Part shown: one piece after another, positions 60,757-64,000 of the stretch
Layout of the letters: every line of letters starts with the position of its first letter
Numbering within the stretch: the first letter of the stretch is position 1
NCBI GenBank assembly: GCA_947629555.1
Contig: CANRED010000004.1
Coordinates: forward strand, 2,925-66,924
Length of the DNA stretch: 64,000 nucleotides
DNA from: an uncultured Clostridia bacterium
GTDB lineage: Bacteria > Bacillota > Clostridia > TANB77 > CAG-508
Reading direction: 5' to 3'
The notes under the pieces: model-generated
The model's input: the letters and a program-made list of their open reading frames with translations, nothing else
Told to the model about the DNA's origin: nothing
The model's database searches: none
Translations under genes and position numbers: made by a program

Positions 60757-60960
60757 GCCTTTCTTTAAAAGTCTTGCTTGCCTTATATAAAGGTTACTAA
60801 CCAGAAAAATAATTTCGAGATTGTTGATTAGTAAATTTTTAAGCTACTCCCTTTTAAACTGTGATAATTTTATCATTATAAATTTTACTTTGCAATAGTT
60901 ATTAGCAGGATTTAAAAAAATATTCGATAAGTTTCTTCGTAAGTTAATTGCATATGCAAT

Positions 60961-61000
60961 TAAAACGGGTCGCATAACATGCGACCCCTACAGTTTGTAA
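60961..61000 (+). repeat. GC hairpin / CCCTACA element
   Basis: acgggtcgcataacatgcgacccctacagtttgtaattt. Confidence 0.6.
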
Positions 61001-61016
61001 TTTATTTTAAATCATT

Positions 61017-61055
61017 CAAAAATTATTCACTATTAATTATTCATTCTTCACCATT
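61017..61055. repeat. Tandem heptamer array (AYTATTM)n
   Basis: ttattcactattaattattcattcttcaccattaattatg. Confidence 0.5.
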
Positions 61056-61079
61056 AATTATGCCTTTCATCTCTGACCC

Positions 61080-63935
61080 CTACTCTCTTAATTTATACTT
61101 ACTTGCCCAGAATCCACTTAATTGTATTACTGCATTTGAATTGTTTGGATCTTCCCAAGTGAATGCTTCTGGTATTTGATATCCTTCGTCTGCCTCTACT
61201 TTATCTTTTGGTATTAGTATTGCACTTATTCTTTCTTCTATGGCATTTGTTTGATATTCGTATCTTGGTATCCATGTAAAGTAAGCTATTTTGTCATTAT
61301 TTTCTACTTTTATATTTGCCCAATATTGTTTTGAATAATCAAACCATGTTTTATTTACTTTTGTCATATCTACTTTTCCAGATATCAATATATTATCTTT
61401 TATCTGTGCTCCAACTTCTAATACAGACTGTAGTGTTTGCGTATTTTCATTTCCTTCACTATCATAAGTTACTATGTATGTTGTATCTACTCTAAATCCA
61501 GTTAAATCTGGTGGATCTATATGATATACTTCAAATTGTTTTGCAAATCCTGCAATTACTGTTCCCGTTTCATCTGTTTGTGTTACTGAAACTGAGTATG
61601 TGCCCACACCTTTATCTGTAATATCAAAAGTATGTTCACCATTTGCATTTATATCTACCGTTTGTAATATTTTTCCATTTTGTATTAAACTTATTTTAAA
61701 TGTATTTGATGTTGTAACCAATGGAATAATATTACTTACTCTTACTTTTGTTTCATCTGCTGCTATTGTTGCATATAGTCTCGTTGTTGTTAAGTCTCTT
61801 AGCTTATATTTACTTGTCCAGAATCCACTTAACTGTACTACTTCATCTGGATTATTTGGGTCTTCCCATGTAAATGCCTCTGGTATCTTATATCCTACAT
61901 CTGGTGTTTCTTTAGTTTTTGGTATTATTTGTGCTATTGTTTTTTCATTTGCTTCTTCTAATTTATATTCATATCTTGGTATCCATGTGTAGTATGCTTC
62001 GTTTCCTTCGTTTCTTACTACAATATTTGCCCATTGTTGATTATCATAATTATACCAATCTTTTGGTGCCTCATCTCCTATTGGTATATAACTACTCTCG
62101 TTTCCGTTTTCATCATAAGTTACATAGAAGGTTAAATTTTCGTTAAATCCAGTTAAATCTGGTGGGTCTAATTCCATTTTTTCTAATACTGTTACTACTT
62201 GTCCTATTGCTTTTACTTGTAAATTTGACTCGTCTTTTATTATTATATTTACGCCATATTCACCTGGTTCTACATTTTCAAATAAATAATTTCCTGTAAG
62301 TTCTATTGGTTCTGTTCCTTCTATATATGTACTTCCATTATATACTATTCTTTTTCCATCTTTTATTAAATATAATTCATAAGTATAGCCTTCTGCCCCA
62401 TAAGTTTCTAGTATATTATTTACTCTTATTATTCCTGCTCCTCCTGCTATTTCTGGTACAGTAGTTGCTGCATCTCTTAGTTTATATTTACTTGCCCAAA
62501 ATCCTGTTAATTGTATTACATCGCTTGAGTCATCTGGATCTTCCCATGTAAATGCTTCTGGTAATTTATATTCTGTTCTATTTAAATTAGTTGATTTTCC
62601 TGTCTTTGGATCTGTATATGTATTCTCTAAGTCTACTATTTTTGCATCTATTGTTTCTTCCTTTTCTTCATCTATTTTATACATATATCTTGGTATCCAT
62701 GTATAATATGCTTCGCTTCCAGCATTTCTTACCACTATATTTGCCCATTGTTGATTATCATAATTATACCACTTATCTTCTGATATTTTTTCTCCTATTG
62801 GTATAGAGCTATCTTCTTGTCCATTTTCATCGTATAATACATAAAATGTATTATTTTTATTAAATCCCTTTAGAGCTGGCTTTCCTACTCCATAGCAAAT
62901 TTTATATTTTCGTATATTTCCAATATTATCTACTATATAACAGGTATATATGGTTTCATCTTCATCTATTTGTATTTCATTTTGCTCTAATTTGTTTCCA
63001 TCTTTATCTGTTATTAATTTTATTCCATTTTTTGAATATTTATCATATACTTTTATTTTATCTTCTATTATAGTATATGCTCCTATTATTGGTAGTTTAT
63101 TATTTGTATTTATTATTTTTATTACTTGTCTATTTTGCATTGTATCTGTACTTTGCACCATTGTATTATTTGTATTTTCATATTTGCTAATTAGTTTTTC
63201 TGTAGCAGTTTTTTCGCTATCTGATATTGTTGTTACTTGTTCATTGGCTATTAATCCTTCTATGTTATCTTCTAAACTCATTTGTTTATTTTTATCTTCT
63301 ACTTCTGTAGCATTAGCAAACTCTTTTTGTCCTATCCATATTCCTGTAAAGCCATAGTCTAATGAGTCTGGTCCATATTTTTCTAAATTAAAACAACTTT
63401 CTGTTTTCCAAGTATATTCTAGTATATTTACATCTTTTAAAAATTCAATTTGGCTTTCGTTATATGTAAATCTTGGTATCCATGTAAATATTGAACCTAA
63501 TTCATTAGGTAATATTTGTGTACCTATATTTTTTTCTGCTAATTTTTTGCCTGTCATATCATATCTTAATTCAGACTGATACACTCCATCGCTTAACATT
63601 ACATTTGCAAAAAATCCATTTGAATAATCATACCAACTTTCATCATCTTTTGTTGTTATTTCCCATAAATTTGTATTTGAATTCCATTTTATTGGTATCA
63701 TTCCAGCACCTACTACTGGTACATTAGGTTCTGCACTTATTACTTTACTTATATCAATACTTTCTTTCCCTATATTTAATGCATATCCACCTTGCGCTAT
63801 TTTTTGCAAAGCATTTTTGTTTATTACAAATATAATTAGGCATAACAATACTATTGCCAGTATTGTTATAACTGCAATTCGTTTTTTCTTATATTTATTT
63901 TTATTAATTTTATTATTTTTCATAGATTTCTCCAT
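61080..63935 (-). CDS. Large secreted or cell-surface protein with 3-4 tandem ~190-aa repeats (WYNYDNQQWANIVV...AYYTWIPRYEY plus IPEAFTWEDP...QLSGFWASKYKLR), separated by Ig-like spacers
   Basis: An N-terminal signal/TM anchor is present. The protein-level repeats are mirrored by DNA repeats at ~61080-61200, 61800-61900 and 62460-62560. The function is unknown. Confidence 0.6.
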   Translation of the reverse strand: MEKSMKNNKINKNKYKKKRIAVITILAIVLLCLIIFVINKNALQKIAQGGYALNIGKESIDISKVISAEPNVPVVGAGMIPIKWNSNTNLWEITTKDDESWYDYSNGFFANVMLSDGVYQSELRYDMTGKKLAEKNIGTQILPNELGSIFTWIPRFTYNESQIEFLKDVNILEYTWKTESCFNLEKYGPDSLDYGFTGIWIGQKEFANATEVEDKNKQMSLEDNIEGLIANEQVTTISDSEKTATEKLISKYENTNNTMVQSTDTMQNRQVIKIINTNNKLPIIGAYTIIEDKIKVYDKYSKNGIKLITDKDGNKLEQNEIQIDEDETIYTCYIVDNIGNIRKYKICYGVGKPALKGFNKNNTFYVLYDENGQEDSSIPIGEKISEDKWYNYDNQQWANIVVRNAGSEAYYTWIPRYMYKIDEEKEETIDAKIVDLENTYTDPKTGKSTNLNRTEYKLPEAFTWEDPDDSSDVIQLTGFWASKYKLRDAATTVPEIAGGAGIIRVNNILETYGAEGYTYELYLIKDGKRIVYNGSTYIEGTEPIELTGNYLFENVEPGEYGVNIIIKDESNLQVKAIGQVVTVLEKMELDPPDLTGFNENLTFYVTYDENGNESSYIPIGDEAPKDWYNYDNQQWANIVVRNEGNEAYYTWIPRYEYKLEEANEKTIAQIIPKTKETPDVGYKIPEAFTWEDPNNPDEVVQLSGFWTSKYKLRDLTTTRLYATIAADETKVRVSNIIPLVTTSNTFKISLIQNGKILQTVDINANGEHTFDITDKGVGTYSVSVTQTDETGTVIAGFAKQFEVYHIDPPDLTGFRVDTTYIVTYDSEGNENTQTLQSVLEVGAQIKDNILISGKVDMTKVNKTWFDYSKQYWANIKVENNDKIAYFTWIPRYEYQTNAIEERISAILIPKDKVEADEGYQIPEAFTWEDPNNSNAVIQLSGFWASKYKLRE

Positions 63936-64000
63936 TATTGTAAAATTTTTTAGTTAAACACAAAAGCCAGAACTACACTAAAATCCGGTACCTGAAACAA

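Noticed and set aside
1-64000. A mobile element carrying a transposase or integrase, a prophage, or a known multi-gene defence system (restriction-modification, CBASS, Hachiman, Gabija and similar).
   Set aside because: I saw no transposase, integrase, nuclease, methyltransferase, cyclase or reverse-transcriptase signatures. The SF2 helicase lacks partner genes diagnostic of known defence systems, and its small downstream partner has no recognisable domain.

Overview
This is a very AT-rich stretch of chromosome that looks like Clostridium or a related Firmicute. Almost all genes sit on the minus strand. There is one tRNA and no rRNA, CRISPR array, IS element or integrase that I could see.

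Ordinary content, roughly in order: a partial sigma-region-4/alpha-CTD repeat gene, acyl-CoA ligase, an ABC-2 transporter pair, pta-ackA-ackA, a thioesterase, an amidase-domain protein, a DedA-family (TVP38/TMEM64) membrane protein next to a DUF368 membrane protein, dxr, a DUF362 / ECF-S-like / DUF1893 cluster, rlmD/rumA, tRNA-Leu(UAG), a guanylate-kinase-like gene, dnaE, spoIIP, pepF, rpmE, a VanW lipoprotein, a D-Ala-D-Ala carboxypeptidase, recG (frameshifted), nadD, clpE, pgsA (frameshifted), a cysteine desulfurase, uppP, dpaA, a TPR protein, ppa, mutS (with no mutL after it), miaB, an ECF sigma/anti-sigma pair, a Ca2+ P-type ATPase and a 951-aa repeat-rich surface protein.

Items that look unusual or possibly undescribed:
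1. An SF2 (ResIII-type) helicase fused to a helicase-associated (HA) domain and a sigma-70 region-4 HTH (19517..22102). Its C-terminal module is duplicated at the window start (1..1662), where it continues into at least three tandem RNA-polymerase alpha-CTD-like domains. The two copies share a 25-nt upstream motif.
2. A plus-strand, higher-GC gene encoding a soluble chimera of a Clp-type N domain, a ClpA/B/C D1 AAA+ domain and an FtsH-type M41 zinc-peptidase domain (13559..15496).
3. Two copies of a ~140-nt structured element with clear compensatory base changes in two helices (29044..29186 and 42805..42945). It is a candidate ncRNA.
4. A dispersed family of about nine intergenic GC-rich hairpins, each followed by a conserved CCCTACA(R)YTTGCAA tail.
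5. Tandem heptamer arrays, (ACTATTC)n, at three intergenic loci.
6. A 24-nt motif-plus-hairpin unit found three times.
7. A 20-nt duplication of the tRNA-Leu 3' end about 170 bp from the tRNA.
8. Three frameshifted genes (an SDR gene, recG and pgsA), each explained by one extra C just before GG on the coding strand.
9. An isolated ~42% GC gene (9742..10431) in a ~27% GC background.
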